From NCBI GenBank assembly GCA_963845565.1, contig CAWJSJ010000004.1:129298-193297 (forward strand): a stretch of 64,000 nt of DNA. Direction: 5' to 3'. Of this stretch, positions 29,624 to 40,441 are shown in pieces; the stretch's first letter is position 1; every line of letters starts with the position of its first letter. The stretch comes from an uncultured Methylomirabilota bacterium (GTDB taxonomy: Bacteria > Methylomirabilota > Methylomirabilia > Methylomirabilales > 2-02-FULL-66-22). Made by a program: the position numbers and the translations under genes. The notes beneath the pieces were generated by a model. It was not told where the DNA came from. It searched no databases and was given only the letters and a program-made list of their open reading frames with translations.

Positions 29624-30076
29624 ATGCAGAACATTCAACGCGGTCCCAAAGCGGTCCAGGCGGGGCAGGGCCGAACGCTCGTCGCACTGGGCGAGCGGGT
29701 CACGCTGAAACTGACAGGGGAGGACACCGAGGGGGCCTCTGCTCTGGTCGAAATATCCACGCCGCCCCAGGTCGGGCCGCCGTTGCACGTCCACCAGCGA
29801 GAGGACGAGAGTGTCTACGTGCTGGAGGGGATGTTCGAGATCCGCGTCGGCGGTCGGATGATCCCGGCTCCCCCGGGGACTTTTGCCTTCCTGCCCCGGG
29901 ATATCCCACACAACTATACGAACGTCGGCTACCGCACCGGACGACTGCTTGTCACCATCACCCCCGCGGGGTTTGAGACGTTCTTCGAGGAGCTGAGTCG
30001 GTTCTCGCCGGGGGCACCGCCCGCCCGAGACCAGCTCGTCGCGCTCGGCCGGAAGTACGGTCTCGAGATCCTGTAG
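29624..30076 (+). CDS. Cupin domain protein
   Basis: PPLHVHQREDESVYVLEG...PRDIPHNY; AGAGGAG RBS before ATG 29624. Confidence 0.75.
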   Translation: MQNIQRGPKAVQAGQGRTLVALGERVTLKLTGEDTEGASALVEISTPPQVGPPLHVHQREDESVYVLEGMFEIRVGGRMIPAPPGTFAFLPRDIPHNYTNVGYRTGRLLVTITPAGFETFFEELSRFSPGAPPARDQLVALGRKYGLEIL

Positions 30077-30175
30077 CCGCAGGCGTCTCCGAGGAGCCTC
30101 CGCCCGACCCCTGTGCCTCCTCCTACACGCCGCGCCCGGCGGTTGTCGGCGCGATTCCCCGGGGAGATCCGCCTG

Positions 30176-31117
30176 ATGATTGTGATCGCCAGCGCCAACG
30201 GCCGGATCGGCATCGAGGACGCCATGCGGGTGCTCCGGAACGGCGGATCGGCCCTGGATGCGGTCGAGGCCGGGATCCGGCCCGTCGAGAGCAACCCCGA
30301 AGACCACACCGTCGGCTACTCGGGTCTCCCCAACCTCTTGGGTGAGGTCGAGGTGGACGCCAGCATCATGGACGGCGGGACGCTTCAAGCGGGCGCGGTG
30401 GGCGCGGTCCGACATTGCCTCCACGCCATCTCACTGGCCCGGAAGGTCATGGAGGAGCTTCCGCACGTTCTGCTGGTGGGCGCGGGTGCGGAGCGGTTTG
30501 CCCGGGAAATGGGGTTTCCGGAAACCGACCTGCTCACCCCGGAGGCCAAGGCGATCTGGCGGGAGATCTTCGACGCGAAAGTGCCCTCGGTGTACGAGGA
30601 ACGGCTGGGCTACGTGGAAAGCATCCGCCGCTTCGCCAAGCTGGCGGCGGATCCGGAGCGGCCGAACGAGACCGTCAACGTCATCGCGCAGGACGCCCAG
30701 GGGAATCTGGCCACCGGGGTGAGCACCAGCGGCTGGTCCTGGAAGTACCCCGGCCGGTTGGGCGACTCGCCCGTGGTCGGGGCGGGGAACTACGCCGACA
30801 ATCGGTTTGGCGCCGCAGCGTGCACGGGGCGGGGCGAAATGGCCATGCGACTCTGCACGGCACACAGCGTGGTGACCTACCTGAAAATGGGGATGACACT
30901 GGAGGCGGCCGGCCGCGAGGCCGTGGCGGATCTGGCGTATCTGGTGGATCCGTACTTCGGCCGGGTGAGCCTGATCGCCATGGACGCGCGGGGCAACCAC
31001 GCGGGGTTCTCCAACGCCCCCGATCAGACCTACCTGTACCTGACGGATGACCTGACGACATGCGTCGAGGCGCCGCGGATCCACGTGGAGACCGGAGAGA
31101 TGGGCCGGCGGGCCTGA
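30176..31117 (+). CDS. Ntn-hydrolase asparaginase family (glycosylasparaginase / isoaspartyl peptidase-like)
   Basis: [26 protein letters not shown]...[10 protein letters not shown]...[13 protein letters not shown]...ACTGRGE. Confidence 0.8.
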   Translation: MIVIASANGRIGIEDAMRVLRNGGSALDAVEAGIRPVESNPEDHTVGYSGLPNLLGEVEVDASIMDGGTLQAGAVGAVRHCLHAISLARKVMEELPHVLLVGAGAERFAREMGFPETDLLTPEAKAIWREIFDAKVPSVYEERLGYVESIRRFAKLAADPERPNETVNVIAQDAQGNLATGVSTSGWSWKYPGRLGDSPVVGAGNYADNRFGAAACTGRGEMAMRLCTAHSVVTYLKMGMTLEAAGREAVADLAYLVDPYFGRVSLIAMDARGNHAGFSNAPDQTYLYLTDDLTTCVEAPRIHVETGEMGRRA

Positions 31118-31150
31118 GGGGCTGTCGGCGTGTACCAAGAGGAGGCGTCA

Positions 31151-32299
31151 ATGGAGCAACTCGGCGGGCTGTTCGACCACTTGAAGATGCTGACGGCGCT
31201 TCCGGCCACCAGCGGATTCGAGCAAGGGATCGCGCGACGACTCCTGGAGGAGATGCGCCCCCTGGCGGACCGGGTCGAGGTGGATCCCTTCGGGAACGTG
31301 TACGGCACGATCGAGGGTTCCGGGGGCCCTCGCGTCTTGCTGCCTGCCCACAGCGATTCGGTGGGGATGATCGTTTCCCACATCGAGGAGAACGGGTATC
31401 TCCGGTTCGACGTCGTGGGGTCCGTCCCGGCGAATCTTACCTACGCGCAGCGAGTCCTGATCTGCACGCCCCAGGGATTGCGCACGGGGGTGGTGGGATC
31501 GAAGCCGGGCCACATCGCCTTCCGCCTGGAACCGGATCTGGGAACGACAATCCCGCCGGTGGATGCGCTCTTCATCGACGTGGGGGCGTCATCCAGGCGC
31601 GAGGTCCAGCGGCTGGGGATCGAGCCGGGGCAGCAGGTGACCTGGGACCGGGACCTCGCTTGGCTGGGCGACCCCTCGACGGGCCTCGTCACGGGGCGGT
31701 CGCTGGACGACAAAGTCGGATGTCTGGCCTTGCTGGAGGCGATGCGCCAGTTGCGCGACTCCGGCCAGCGGCCCTACGTCACGGCGATCTTCGTCGCCGC
31801 CGTGCAAGAGGAGGTGGGCCTGCGCGGGGCGACCCAGGCCGCCGGCCGGATCCGACCGGATCTCTGCATCGGGATCGACGCCACCGTGTCCCAGGCGGGT
31901 TTCGGAAGCGGACTCGGCGTCCACCCCGGCACGGCCTTTTCCGAAGCCGCGAACAGCCTCGGGGCCGGTCCGGGCCTCTCGGTGATGGACCGGGGAGCCT
32001 CGGTTCCATATGGCCTCTTCGGCCATCCGGCCCTGATCGCGCTCTTCCGCGAGGTCGCCGCGCGGAAGAAGATCCCGTACCAGATCGAAGGCAGCATGCC
32101 GATCATCACCTCGGACGCGGCCGCGGTCCAGTTCGCCGGGGCGGGCGTGCCGTCCCTCACCATCAAGATACCCTCACGCTACACCCACGGGCCCGTCGAG
32201 GTGTGCTCGCTGGCGGATGTGGCCGCGACGGCGGATCTGGTGGCGGGGGCATTGCGCGCGATCGGGCCGGACAGCCGATTCCAGTTCGTGGACGCCTGA
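31151..32299 (+). CDS. M42 family (glutamyl) aminopeptidase
   Basis: LPATSGFEQ...PAHSDSVG...[10 protein letters not shown]...QEEVGLRGA; GGAGG RBS before ATG 31151. Confidence 0.85.
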   Translation: MEQLGGLFDHLKMLTALPATSGFEQGIARRLLEEMRPLADRVEVDPFGNVYGTIEGSGGPRVLLPAHSDSVGMIVSHIEENGYLRFDVVGSVPANLTYAQRVLICTPQGLRTGVVGSKPGHIAFRLEPDLGTTIPPVDALFIDVGASSRREVQRLGIEPGQQVTWDRDLAWLGDPSTGLVTGRSLDDKVGCLALLEAMRQLRDSGQRPYVTAIFVAAVQEEVGLRGATQAAGRIRPDLCIGIDATVSQAGFGSGLGVHPGTAFSEAANSLGAGPGLSVMDRGASVPYGLFGHPALIALFREVAARKKIPYQIEGSMPIITSDAAAVQFAGAGVPSLTIKIPSRYTHGPVEVCSLADVAATADLVAGALRAIGPDSRFQFVDA

Positions 32300-32349
32300 A
32301 ACAGGCGCACATTGGCAGAACGGCCCCGCCCATGACGAAGGAGCCTGTA

Positions 32350-32781
32350 ATGCTCAAGGGAATCTCGCCGCTCGTCGGCCCCGACCTGCTGGCGCTCCTG
32401 TGTCGCATGGGGCACGGGGACGAGATCGTCCTAGCCGATGCCCACTTCCCGGGGGAAAGCGTCGGCCGGCGGGTCGTGCGTGCGGATGGATTGCGGATCG
32501 CGGATCTTCTGGATGCGGTCCTTCCGCTCCTGGAATTGGACAGCAAGGGGGGAAGTCCGACGGTCATGATGGCGTCCGATGGGAAGGATACTCTCGACCC
32601 GACGGTGGAGGATTCGTACCGCCGGGTGATCCTCCGGCACTGCCCTGGCGCACCGCCCATCGCGCGAGACGAGCGGTTCGCTTTCTACGAGCGAGCCCGG
32701 AAGGCGTTTGCCGTCGTGATGACCGGCGAGACTGCGAAGTACGGGAACATCATCCTGCGGAAAGGCGTGACCCCCTGCTAG
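32350..32781 (+). CDS. RbsD/FucU family sugar mutarotase
   Basis: [34 protein letters not shown]; AAGGAG RBS. Confidence 0.8.
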   Translation: MLKGISPLVGPDLLALLCRMGHGDEIVLADAHFPGESVGRRVVRADGLRIADLLDAVLPLLELDSKGGSPTVMMASDGKDTLDPTVEDSYRRVILRHCPGAPPIARDERFAFYERARKAFAVVMTGETAKYGNIILRKGVTPC

Positions 32782-32873
32782 TGTCCTGAGTTAGAAGTTC
32801 GCCAACATATTTCAAGGCCAGAGGGCGATCCCGAGGGTCGGTGGAATTGTTCGCGAACTTCTGATTCGAGATA
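32782..32873. repeat. Degenerate 7-bp-periodic spacer between convergent genes
   Basis: Units GGCCAGA GGGCGAT CCCGAGG GTCGGTG GAATTGT TCGCGAA CTTCTGA TTCGAGA TACTAGA GCTTAGC keep purines at positions 5-6. Confidence 0.5.
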
Positions 32874-33056
32874 CTAGAGCTTAGCCGGGTGGCACAGGCT
32901 GCTGGCCTTGGCGGCCGCGCGCCCGCACTCCTTGCAGATGTACTTGGCATCCTTGACCAGCGGCCGCAGTTCCTTCACGTCCACGCGGCAGCAACAGCAG
33001 GCCAGCGCGCACAGCTTGTTCTCGTGCCAACCCGACATCTTTGTCTTTGCCGCCAT
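32874..33056 (-). CDS. Small Cys-rich protein (60 aa, 8 Cys including a CCCC run)
   Basis: MAAKTKMSGWHENKLCALACCCCRVDVKELRPLVKDAKYICKECGRAAAKASSLCHPAKL; GGAGG RBS; last gene downstream of dctM. Confidence 0.5.
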   Translation of the reverse strand: MAAKTKMSGWHENKLCALACCCCRVDVKELRPLVKDAKYICKECGRAAAKASSLCHPAKL

Positions 33057-33157
33057 TCCCAGCCTCCTCTCTGTGCATCCATGCGTCCCGGTGCCGGGAG
33101 TGCGCATGGACCGTTGGTAAGTGTGTCAACACCTTCCGCGAGCCACCCACACCGGCC

Positions 33158-34450
33158 TTACCGACCCAGGATGGCGCCGGGGAGCCAGACGGAAAGGCCG
33201 GGGAAGAGGACGATGATCGTCAGGGTGATGGCCAGGGGGACGTACCAGGGGAGCATGGCGACGGAGAGACGCTCCAGGGACAGCCCGGTCACCCGGTTCA
33301 GCGTGTAGAGGACCGAGCCCACCGGCGGAGTCACGAGGCCGATCATCAGGTTGAAGACCATGATGACGCCGAAGTGGATGGGATCGATCCCGAACTGCTT
33401 CACCATCGGCATGAGCACGGGCACCAGGATGAAGAGGGCCGGCGTCGCGTCGATGAAGCAGCCCACGACCAGCAGGAAGATGTTAATGAGCAGCAGGAAT
33501 GCCAACTGCGAGCTGACCACGCTCCCTATCCACTCCACGAGGAGGCTGGAGATCTGATAGCGGGCCAGGACCCAGCCGTAGATGGAGCTGGCCGCCACGA
33601 TGAGCAGGATGATCGAGGTATCCAGCATGGAGTCCCGCAGGACCCGGCGCAGGCTCTGCCAGGTCAGGGTCCGGTAGACGAGCCCCATGAAGAGGGCATA
33701 GCAGACCGCAATGGCGGCCGCCTCGGTGGGGGTGAAGACGCCGGAGACGATCCCCCCGATCAGGAGAGCCGGAGCCAGGAGCGGCAAGGAGCCCCGCTTG
33801 AGCGCGGCCCCCATCTCGCGCCAGGTGGCGCGCGGCTTGGCCTGCCAGCCGTACCAGGGGGCCATGGCCACCAGGAGCCCCATCATCATCAGGCCCATGA
33901 GGATACCGGGGAAGAGCCCCGCGACGAGAAGCTTGGCCACCGACTCTCCCGCCATGGCCCCGTAGATCACCATGGGGATGCTGGGGGGAATGATGGGGCC
34001 GATGGTCGCCGAGGCGGCCGTCACGGCGGTGCTGAACTCCAGGCTATAGCCCTCGTCCACCATCGCCTTGATCTCCATGTTTCCCAGCCCGCCGGCATCC
34101 GCCACGGCCGAGCCGGACATGCCCGCGAAGATCATGCTCCCCAGCACGTTGACGTGGCCGAGTCCCCCCCGGAAATGGCCCACCAGGCACTTGGCGAACT
34201 CGAAGATCCGGTCGGTGATCTGCGCTTCGTTGCACAGCCGTCCCGCCAGGATGAAGAAGGGAATGGCGAGCAGGGTGAAGTTCGTCACCCCATACATGAC
34301 CCGCTGCGCCAGGATGTCCCAGGGGATATCCAGGAATCCCCGCAGGAGGCCCAGGGTGACGACGCTCGTGAGCCCCATGCCCAGGGCCACCGGAAACCCG
34401 AGGAGAATCAGCAGCAACAGAAGCCCCATCATCACACATACGATGAACAT
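33158..34450 (-). CDS. dctM: TRAP transporter large permease
   Basis: 430 aa, polytopic, typical DctM N-terminus MFIVCVMMGLLLLLILLGFPVALGMG. Confidence 0.9.
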   Translation of the reverse strand: MFIVCVMMGLLLLLILLGFPVALGMGLTSVVTLGLLRGFLDIPWDILAQRVMYGVTNFTLLAIPFFILAGRLCNEAQITDRIFEFAKCLVGHFRGGLGHVNVLGSMIFAGMSGSAVADAGGLGNMEIKAMVDEGYSLEFSTAVTAASATIGPIIPPSIPMVIYGAMAGESVAKLLVAGLFPGILMGLMMMGLLVAMAPWYGWQAKPRATWREMGAALKRGSLPLLAPALLIGGIVSGVFTPTEAAAIAVCYALFMGLVYRTLTWQSLRRVLRDSMLDTSIILLIVAASSIYGWVLARYQISSLLVEWIGSVVSSQLAFLLLINIFLLVVGCFIDATPALFILVPVLMPMVKQFGIDPIHFGVIMVFNLMIGLVTPPVGSVLYTLNRVTGLSLERLSVAMLPWYVPLAITLTIIVLFPGLSVWLPGAILGR

Positions 34451-34459
34451 GCGGTCTCC

Positions 34460-35050
34460 TCAGGCTTTCGGAGAGTGCAGGAGCGCTCGCCAGTTTCGGC
34501 CGAGATTCCTCAGGGTGAGGAGGACCAGCAGCGCGAAGCAGACGGGGACGGCGGCATAGACGTAGCTCATGCTCATGCGGAAGCTGCCTGCCTCCACGGC
34601 GGAGACGGTCCACATCATGACGGCACCCCCGTAGGCGATGCCTCCGAAGAAGATCACCCCTCCGACTGCGATGATGCATTCCACGGCGGCCTTGAGTCGA
34701 CCTGGGAGACGCTCCAAGATGAGCGTGGTCCGCAGGTCCAGACCCTCTCGGGCCGCGATGATGCATCCGAGGAAGATCGCGTAAGCGGAAAACCACCGAG
34801 CCGCCTCTTCGGTCCACGGAACCGACACCTCTAGGACATAGCGGAAGAAGACCTGCGCCGTCACCAGGACGAGCATGCAGATGAACGTGAACAGCGCAAG
34901 GCGCTCCACCGTCCTCCAGAACCATCCGAGGAATCTGCTGCATTGGCCTACCTTCGCACGGCGCGCCCCCCGGCCCGCAGTCGCGAACGGCTGCGCGCCG
35001 GCCGAGGGCCACCGTAAGCGCGCGGAGCCCCGATCCAGCCGGAGCCCCAC
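34460..35050 (-). CDS. dctQ: TRAP transporter small permease
   Basis: Four hydrophobic segments, position between dctP and dctM; start uncertain. Confidence 0.75.
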   Translation of the reverse strand: MGLRLDRGSARLRWPSAGAQPFATAGRGARRAKVGQCSRFLGWFWRTVERLALFTFICMLVLVTAQVFFRYVLEVSVPWTEEAARWFSAYAIFLGCIIAAREGLDLRTTLILERLPGRLKAAVECIIAVGGVIFFGGIAYGGAVMMWTVSAVEAGSFRMSMSYVYAAVPVCFALLVLLTLRNLGRNWRALLHSPKA

Positions 35051-35062
35051 GCGGCGGTCGAC

Positions 35063-36061
35063 TTACTTCCCGACGATCTGCTGCAACAGCCCCTTGACCT
35101 CGGGCGCCCACAACTGGTCGGCGATCCGATCGATGGCCGGGCGCGCCGCGGCGATGAACTTCTGCTTGTCCACCTCCATGAACTTCACGCCATGGTTCTT
35201 CTCCATGGTCGCGCGAAGCCCGTTCGCCTTCTCCACCTGCTGGCTGCTGCCCCAGGCGGTGGCCCCCTTGATCGCGTCCACGACGATCTTCTGGTTAGCG
35301 GGGGTGAGGCCCTGGTAGAACTTCTCGTTCACGACCCAGTGGAAGTAGCTCGAGATATGCTCGGTCATCATCACGAACTTCTGCACCTCGTAGAGCTTCC
35401 CCTCGAAGATCTGCAGGACCGGGTTCTCCTGGCCGTTCACCACACCGGTCTGCAGGGCAGTGAAGACCTCGGGCCAGGCCACCGGGGTCGGCAGGGCGCC
35501 GATCTCTTTCCAGACGTCCACCCAGGTCTTGATCTCGGGCACGCGCAGCTTCAGCCCCTTCACGTCCGCCGGGGTCGTGATGGGCTTGTTGGCGGTCAGC
35601 AGCCGGGCGCCGCGCCGGGAGATGCCGACGATGCGCTGGTTGCCGTTCTTAATCATCGCCTCGTTGAGCTTCTCGCCGATCGGGCCGTTGTAGGCCTTGT
35701 CCACCCCCTCGTAGCCGGGGAAGACGAAGGGCACGGTCATGACGGCGTACTTCGCCCCGTAGGTCGAGACCCCCATGTCGCCGGCCTGGAAGATCTGGAA
35801 CTCGTTCCGGCTCGTCGCCTCCATGATGTCCCGCTCGCCGCCGACCTCGGGCCCGAGGAGCCGCACGGCCATCTCGCCGTTGCTGTTCTTCTCCAGGCTC
35901 TCCTTGATCCGGTTGGCGATCCCCCAGACGATCTCTTCGGTGCGGGCGTTGTGCATGACCACGGTGACGTTCATCGGGGTGCCCGCCAGCACCGGTGGCG
36001 CGATCGCGACCACGCCGACAAGAAAACCAAGCGATAGCAGCACGGCAACAGTTCGCTTCAT
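35063..36061 (-). CDS. dctP: TRAP transporter substrate-binding protein
   Basis: Signal peptide MKRTVAVLLSLGFLVGVVAIAPPVLAG, DctP-type body; GGAGGG RBS before ATG 36061. Confidence 0.9.
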   Translation of the reverse strand: MKRTVAVLLSLGFLVGVVAIAPPVLAGTPMNVTVVMHNARTEEIVWGIANRIKESLEKNSNGEMAVRLLGPEVGGERDIMEATSRNEFQIFQAGDMGVSTYGAKYAVMTVPFVFPGYEGVDKAYNGPIGEKLNEAMIKNGNQRIVGISRRGARLLTANKPITTPADVKGLKLRVPEIKTWVDVWKEIGALPTPVAWPEVFTALQTGVVNGQENPVLQIFEGKLYEVQKFVMMTEHISSYFHWVVNEKFYQGLTPANQKIVVDAIKGATAWGSSQQVEKANGLRATMEKNHGVKFMEVDKQKFIAAARPAIDRIADQLWAPEVKGLLQQIVGK

Positions 36062-36494
36062 GGTTGACCCTCCTTCTGCGTGTTGGCCAAACCGGTGAAA
36101 GCACACGGCTCGTGTGGCGCGAAATACGCGTCGCACAAAGCCTCACCATACCCAAACGTCGGATGGCGTCGAGGACGGACCTTATCCGCAAGGAAGTTCG
36201 CCTGTCAAGCCGAAACGCGAATCTGCCTACCCTGCGTGCGTCATTGGACCACGCCGCACGCGGAGCCAGCGAGGCGGCGAGTGCTTTGCATCACCGTGTT
36301 GTGCTGACCGGTCGGGGATGGAAGGGCGTTCGGCCGGCGCGACAGGCAATCCGATGCACCGCGGGGCCCGCAGCCGCGACGTGCCCGGGCGCGTACCAAC
36401 ATCCCTCGGCCGGCCCGTTCTCTGGGGGGCTATACCGTTCTGTCTCGGAGCGCGGGGTCTCCTCGATCCAGCAGGTGGGGCGGGTCCGATTCGG

Positions 36495-36896
36495 TCACGA
36501 GTGGGCGTAGACGGGTATGGGAAAAGGCCCCACGGGCGCGTCCGCGACGTTCTCCCCGTTGCCTTCGGCGGCACGGCCGGCGGTTGGGGTCGAATGCTCC
36601 AGCATGCCCACCACCCGTTCGACCAGTTCGGTGGCGGTATTCTCTTTGAGAAAGATCCCGTCCTTGGCGACGATCCGCATCTGGGTGATCGTCGTCCCGC
36701 CCCCCTCCAGTTCGACATAGACCTGACGGTCCTTGGCGCTGCCGAAGAGGGCGTCGAACGCCCCGTCCCCTTGGGGCCGGCGCGGTCGCACCTTGAGGCC
36801 CATATGCTGCAGCAAGAGCGCAGTGGCCTCGCGCGCTCGGGAGAGAGGTACGGGCAGGATTCTGTACGTCACGGCCAAAGTTCTGAGCTTCGACAT
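36495..36896 (-). CDS. Small protein, DUF3568-like (paralogue of 37652-38014)
   Basis: LAVTYRILPVPLSRAREAT...YVELEGGGTTITQMRIVAKDGIFLKENTATELVERV mirrors the paralogue. Confidence 0.5.
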   Translation of the reverse strand: MSKLRTLAVTYRILPVPLSRAREATALLLQHMGLKVRPRRPQGDGAFDALFGSAKDRQVYVELEGGGTTITQMRIVAKDGIFLKENTATELVERVVGMLEHSTPTAGRAAEGNGENVADAPVGPFPIPVYAHS

Positions 36897-37651
36897 GATC
36901 GCCCTCGGATTCCGCCTGTCGGCTATCGCGAACGGCGTGAGGTCACAGGGCCAGCGCGGCGTTCGGTTCCATTACGGCACTTTGCTCAGAAGCAACCTTT
37001 GTGCCTGCAGGCCCACTTCGTGGGATCGGACCGGTGATGACAGCGCTTCGCAAGCACTCGCGCGGGCCTTCGAGTGGTGAAGAGGCAATGGTCCGATCGT
37101 GCGAAGCGTCTGACGTGCGTTCGAGCGGGTGCGCACTTGTCGGCAAGCCTCCTTCGCCGACTCATTTCAAACACGTATTTTCAATTGGTTACCGAGATAC
37201 CTGGGGTGGGCCGTGCCGATGGAATTCCGTCTTGATAGGTTGACCCCACGGTACCTACCCAGGTGCTATGCGGGCCCCTCTCACGAGCGCACCCTTGCGG
37301 GGAGCGTCCGCAGGGGGGCGCATGAGGCGCCAAGACATTCCCCACCTGACGTCCGGGGTGCTCGGCATCAGGCTTTCGGGTCAGAAAGTGATAAGTGTGC
37401 CTTACACACACGAACCCCTCCCATGCCGGTCGTGTTCGTATTCTTGGATCGGTCTTTCGAGAAAAGCATGGAGAATCGAATGGTTGCGAACGTTCACGAC
37501 TAATGGATCGGTGGGATTATGGGAAAGTCGGAATACCTCTCGATATTTGCCAATCGGCAGGATGGCTTGAACAGCCTGGTGTGGAGAAAAGAGAGCGGCG
37601 GATGGGTCGAGCAGCGCCGGTGGGCCATCCGAGGAAACGGCGCCGCCGTAA

Positions 37652-38014
37652 TCACACGGCGAGGGCGGGAATGGCGTTTCCGGTCGCGGGTAGCCCGGTT
37701 AGGGGGACTCTTCCTTGCTCCAGAAGGTACGCCACGCGCCTGATGAGTTCGGTTGCCGCATTGTCGGCGAAGAAGACACCCTCTTTGGCGAGAACCCGCG
37801 CCCGCGTGGCCTCGGTCCCATTGGTTTCGAGTTCGACGTACAGTTTTCGCCGCCAGCCGCTGGCCAGAACGCGGGCGCTTCCATCCCGCCGTCTTCCCCT
37901 GTGGAGCACCTTCAGATCCATCTGAGTCAGCACGTCAACGGTGGCCTGATGGACGCGTGAGACCGGGGCGGGAAACGTCTTGTAGGTGAGGGCTAGAATA
38001 CACAACTTCTTCAT
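37652..38014 (-). CDS. Small protein, DUF3568-like (paralogue of 36495-36896)
   Basis: MKKLCILALTYKTFPAPVSRVHQAT...YVELETNGTEATRARVLAKEGVFFADNAATELIRRV. Confidence 0.5.
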   Translation of the reverse strand: MKKLCILALTYKTFPAPVSRVHQATVDVLTQMDLKVLHRGRRRDGSARVLASGWRRKLYVELETNGTEATRARVLAKEGVFFADNAATELIRRVAYLLEQGRVPLTGLPATGNAIPALAV

Positions 38015-38371
38015 CTGCCGCTCCGTATGGCCATCTATCTTTTGTCGTCGTTGTCGTTGTCCTGCGCCATTTCTCTTCGAGGAGCCAGCCGGGATGTTCC
38101 TCGAAGAGGCAACCTTCGTGCCCCTGGTCGGCATGGAGAGGCCGGCATTAAGAGGCCGCGTATTTTCGAGCGGATGCGCCGAAATCCTCCGTCTTGTTGG
38201 TGTTTTCTTTGGGTGGCACTCGAGAAGAAACTACCGTGTAAAAAGCGGCCGAGGGGCACATTGCGCCGACCGCGCGGCCGAAGATGCTTTTTGATTGACG
38301 CTCCCCACCGCGTGTGTTAACAAGCCTCGAGCCCTCCCCGCGTCCCTATGCCGACGACCGGAGGCGATCCG

Positions 38372-39904
38372 ATGCTCGCCAAGGTCCTCTCCAGTGCCGT
38401 GCTCGGTGTCGATGCCTACCTGGTGGCGGTGGAAGTGGACATTGCCCTCGGCCTTCCCACCTTCAATACCGTCGGCTTACCCGACGCAGCGGTCAAGGAG
38501 AGCCGCGACCGCGTCAAGGCTGCGGTCAAGAACTCCGGCTTCGAGTTTCCCGCCAAGCGCATCACGGTGAACCTGGCGCCGGCGGACATCAAGAAAGAAG
38601 GCGCCGCCTTCGACTTGCCCACTGCCGTCGGGATCCTGGCGGCCCAAGAGATCGTCCGCGGAGATCGCCTGGGGCAGTTCGTCATCCTGGGGGAGCTGTC
38701 GCTGGACGGTTCCGTCCGACCCATCCGCGGGGCGCTGTCCATGGCGGTGGCGGCGCGGGAAGCGAATCTGGAGGGCGTCCTCGTTCCGGTCGAGAACGCG
38801 CCGGAGGCGGCGGTGGTGGAGGGGTTGGCGGTGCACGGCGTGGCAAGCCTGCAGCACGCGGTGGCGCTCCTGAACGGCGAACAGGAGTTCACTCCGACCA
38901 CGGTGGACCTGGAAGCCACATTCGCCGTGTCGGCGGACTACGGGGTGGACTTCAGCGACGTGAAGGGGCAGGAGCACGCCAAGCGGGCCCTGGAGGTGGC
39001 CGCGGCGGGCGGACACAACATCCTGCTCCTCGGCCCGCCCGGCTCGGGGAAGACGATGCTGGCCCGACGGCTCCCCACGATCCTGCCGACGCTCTCGCTG
39101 GAGGAAGCCATCTCGACCACCAAGATCCACTCCATCTGCGGGCTGCTGTCTGCCGGGCAGGCGCTGCTGGCCACCCGGCCCTTCCGGGCGCCCCACCACA
39201 CCATCTCGGACGCCGGCCTCATCGGCGGGGGCAACATCCCGCGGCCGGGAGAGGTGAGCCTCGCCCACCACGGAGTCCTCTTCCTGGACGAGCTGCCCGA
39301 ATTCAAGCGGCACGTTCTGGAGGTCCTGCGGCAACCGCTGGAGGATGGGCAGGTCACCATCGCGCGGGCGCTCTCCTCACTGACGTACCCCGCGCGGTTT
39401 ATGCTGGCGGCCGCCATGAATCCCTGCCCGTGCGGCTATGCCACCGACCCCACCAAGGAGTGCTCCTGCACGCCGCTGCAGATCCAGCGCTACCTGGCGC
39501 GGATCTCGGGGCCTCTGCTGGATCGCATCGACATCCACATCGACGTCCCCCCGCTCAAACATCGGGAACTCGGCGGTGAGCCGTCGGGGGAGCCGTCGAC
39601 GACCATTCGAGAACGCGTCCGGCGGGCTCGCCACCTGCAGCAGGAGCGCTTTCGTCGCAGCAAGGCGTTCTGCAACGCGCACATGAGCACCCGGCAGATC
39701 CGGAAACACTGCCAGGTGGAGGGTGAAGCGAAGAGCCTGCTGGAGATGGCCATGGAGCGATTGGGGCTGTCCGCCCGGGCCTACGACCGGATTCTCAAGG
39801 TCGGCCGCACCATCGCGGACATCGCCGGGGCGGAACACATCCAGCCGGAGCACATTGCCGAAGCGATCCAGTACCGGTCGCTGGACCGCGGCCCACGACG
39901 ATGA
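38372..39904 (+). CDS. comM: YifB/ComM family Mg-chelatase-like ATPase
   Basis: [23 protein letters not shown]..., Walker A GPPGSGKT, Zn-finger-like CPCGY...C. Confidence 0.9.
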   Translation: MLAKVLSSAVLGVDAYLVAVEVDIALGLPTFNTVGLPDAAVKESRDRVKAAVKNSGFEFPAKRITVNLAPADIKKEGAAFDLPTAVGILAAQEIVRGDRLGQFVILGELSLDGSVRPIRGALSMAVAAREANLEGVLVPVENAPEAAVVEGLAVHGVASLQHAVALLNGEQEFTPTTVDLEATFAVSADYGVDFSDVKGQEHAKRALEVAAAGGHNILLLGPPGSGKTMLARRLPTILPTLSLEEAISTTKIHSICGLLSAGQALLATRPFRAPHHTISDAGLIGGGNIPRPGEVSLAHHGVLFLDELPEFKRHVLEVLRQPLEDGQVTIARALSSLTYPARFMLAAAMNPCPCGYATDPTKECSCTPLQIQRYLARISGPLLDRIDIHIDVPPLKHRELGGEPSGEPSTTIRERVRRARHLQQERFRRSKAFCNAHMSTRQIRKHCQVEGEAKSLLEMAMERLGLSARAYDRILKVGRTIADIAGAEHIQPEHIAEAIQYRSLDRGPRR

Positions 39905-40016
39905 TCGGGCGGCCGAGGCATGCCGCGAACCGTCGCCGTCTCGGGTCGTGCGGCGCGCCGAGGTCGATTGGCGTCCGGCGTTATGGGGTAGAGGAAGACG
40001 AACGGGAGACGCGCTG

Positions 40017-40382
40017 ATGGCTTCAGCACCGCTGGCATCGATTCCGCGGGACTATCCGCGCATTATGTCCCAGATTCCCGTCCAGATTCAGGTCGCGCAT
40101 GCCTGGGAGACCAGCATGCATGCGTCCATGGCCGCCACCCTCTTCAATGTCAGCCGGGGCGGGGCGGGCGTCTTTCTCCCGTATGTCCTGCCGCCCCGGA
40201 CGCGGCTCGCCGTCCTGATCCCGGTCGCGGTGCCCAGCCTGCGAATTCCGGCAGAAGTGGTTTGGACCTCGCGCGCGCCCTGGCGTGGTGGCGGTACTGC
40301 GGCGTACGGGCTGCGATGGATGATCTATCTGTCTCGGGAAAGCCTGGAGGCCATGGTTCCCGGGGGGAGCCTGCCGGCCTGA
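40017..40382 (+). CDS. PilZ domain protein
   Basis: RDYPR (RxxxR) and NVSRGG ((D/N)xSxxG) c-di-GMP-binding motifs. Confidence 0.65.
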   Translation: MASAPLASIPRDYPRIMSQIPVQIQVAHAWETSMHASMAATLFNVSRGGAGVFLPYVLPPRTRLAVLIPVAVPSLRIPAEVVWTSRAPWRGGGTAAYGLRWMIYLSRESLEAMVPGGSLPA

Positions 40383-40441
40383 CGGGCGCGAAGCGGGAAT
40401 TTGCTTGTCGCCGCCGGCGGATTTGATTAGATTGTCGGGCC

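Noticed and set aside
33041-34834. 597-aa plus-strand ORF opposite dctM/dctQ
   Set aside because: His/Asp/Gly/Arg-rich shadow of the membrane-protein genes on the minus strand.
36897-37651. ORFs 37129-37503, 37395-37925 and 37001-37243 in the AT-richer spacer
   Set aside because: No RBS, no family similarity and poor coding character; treated as non-coding.
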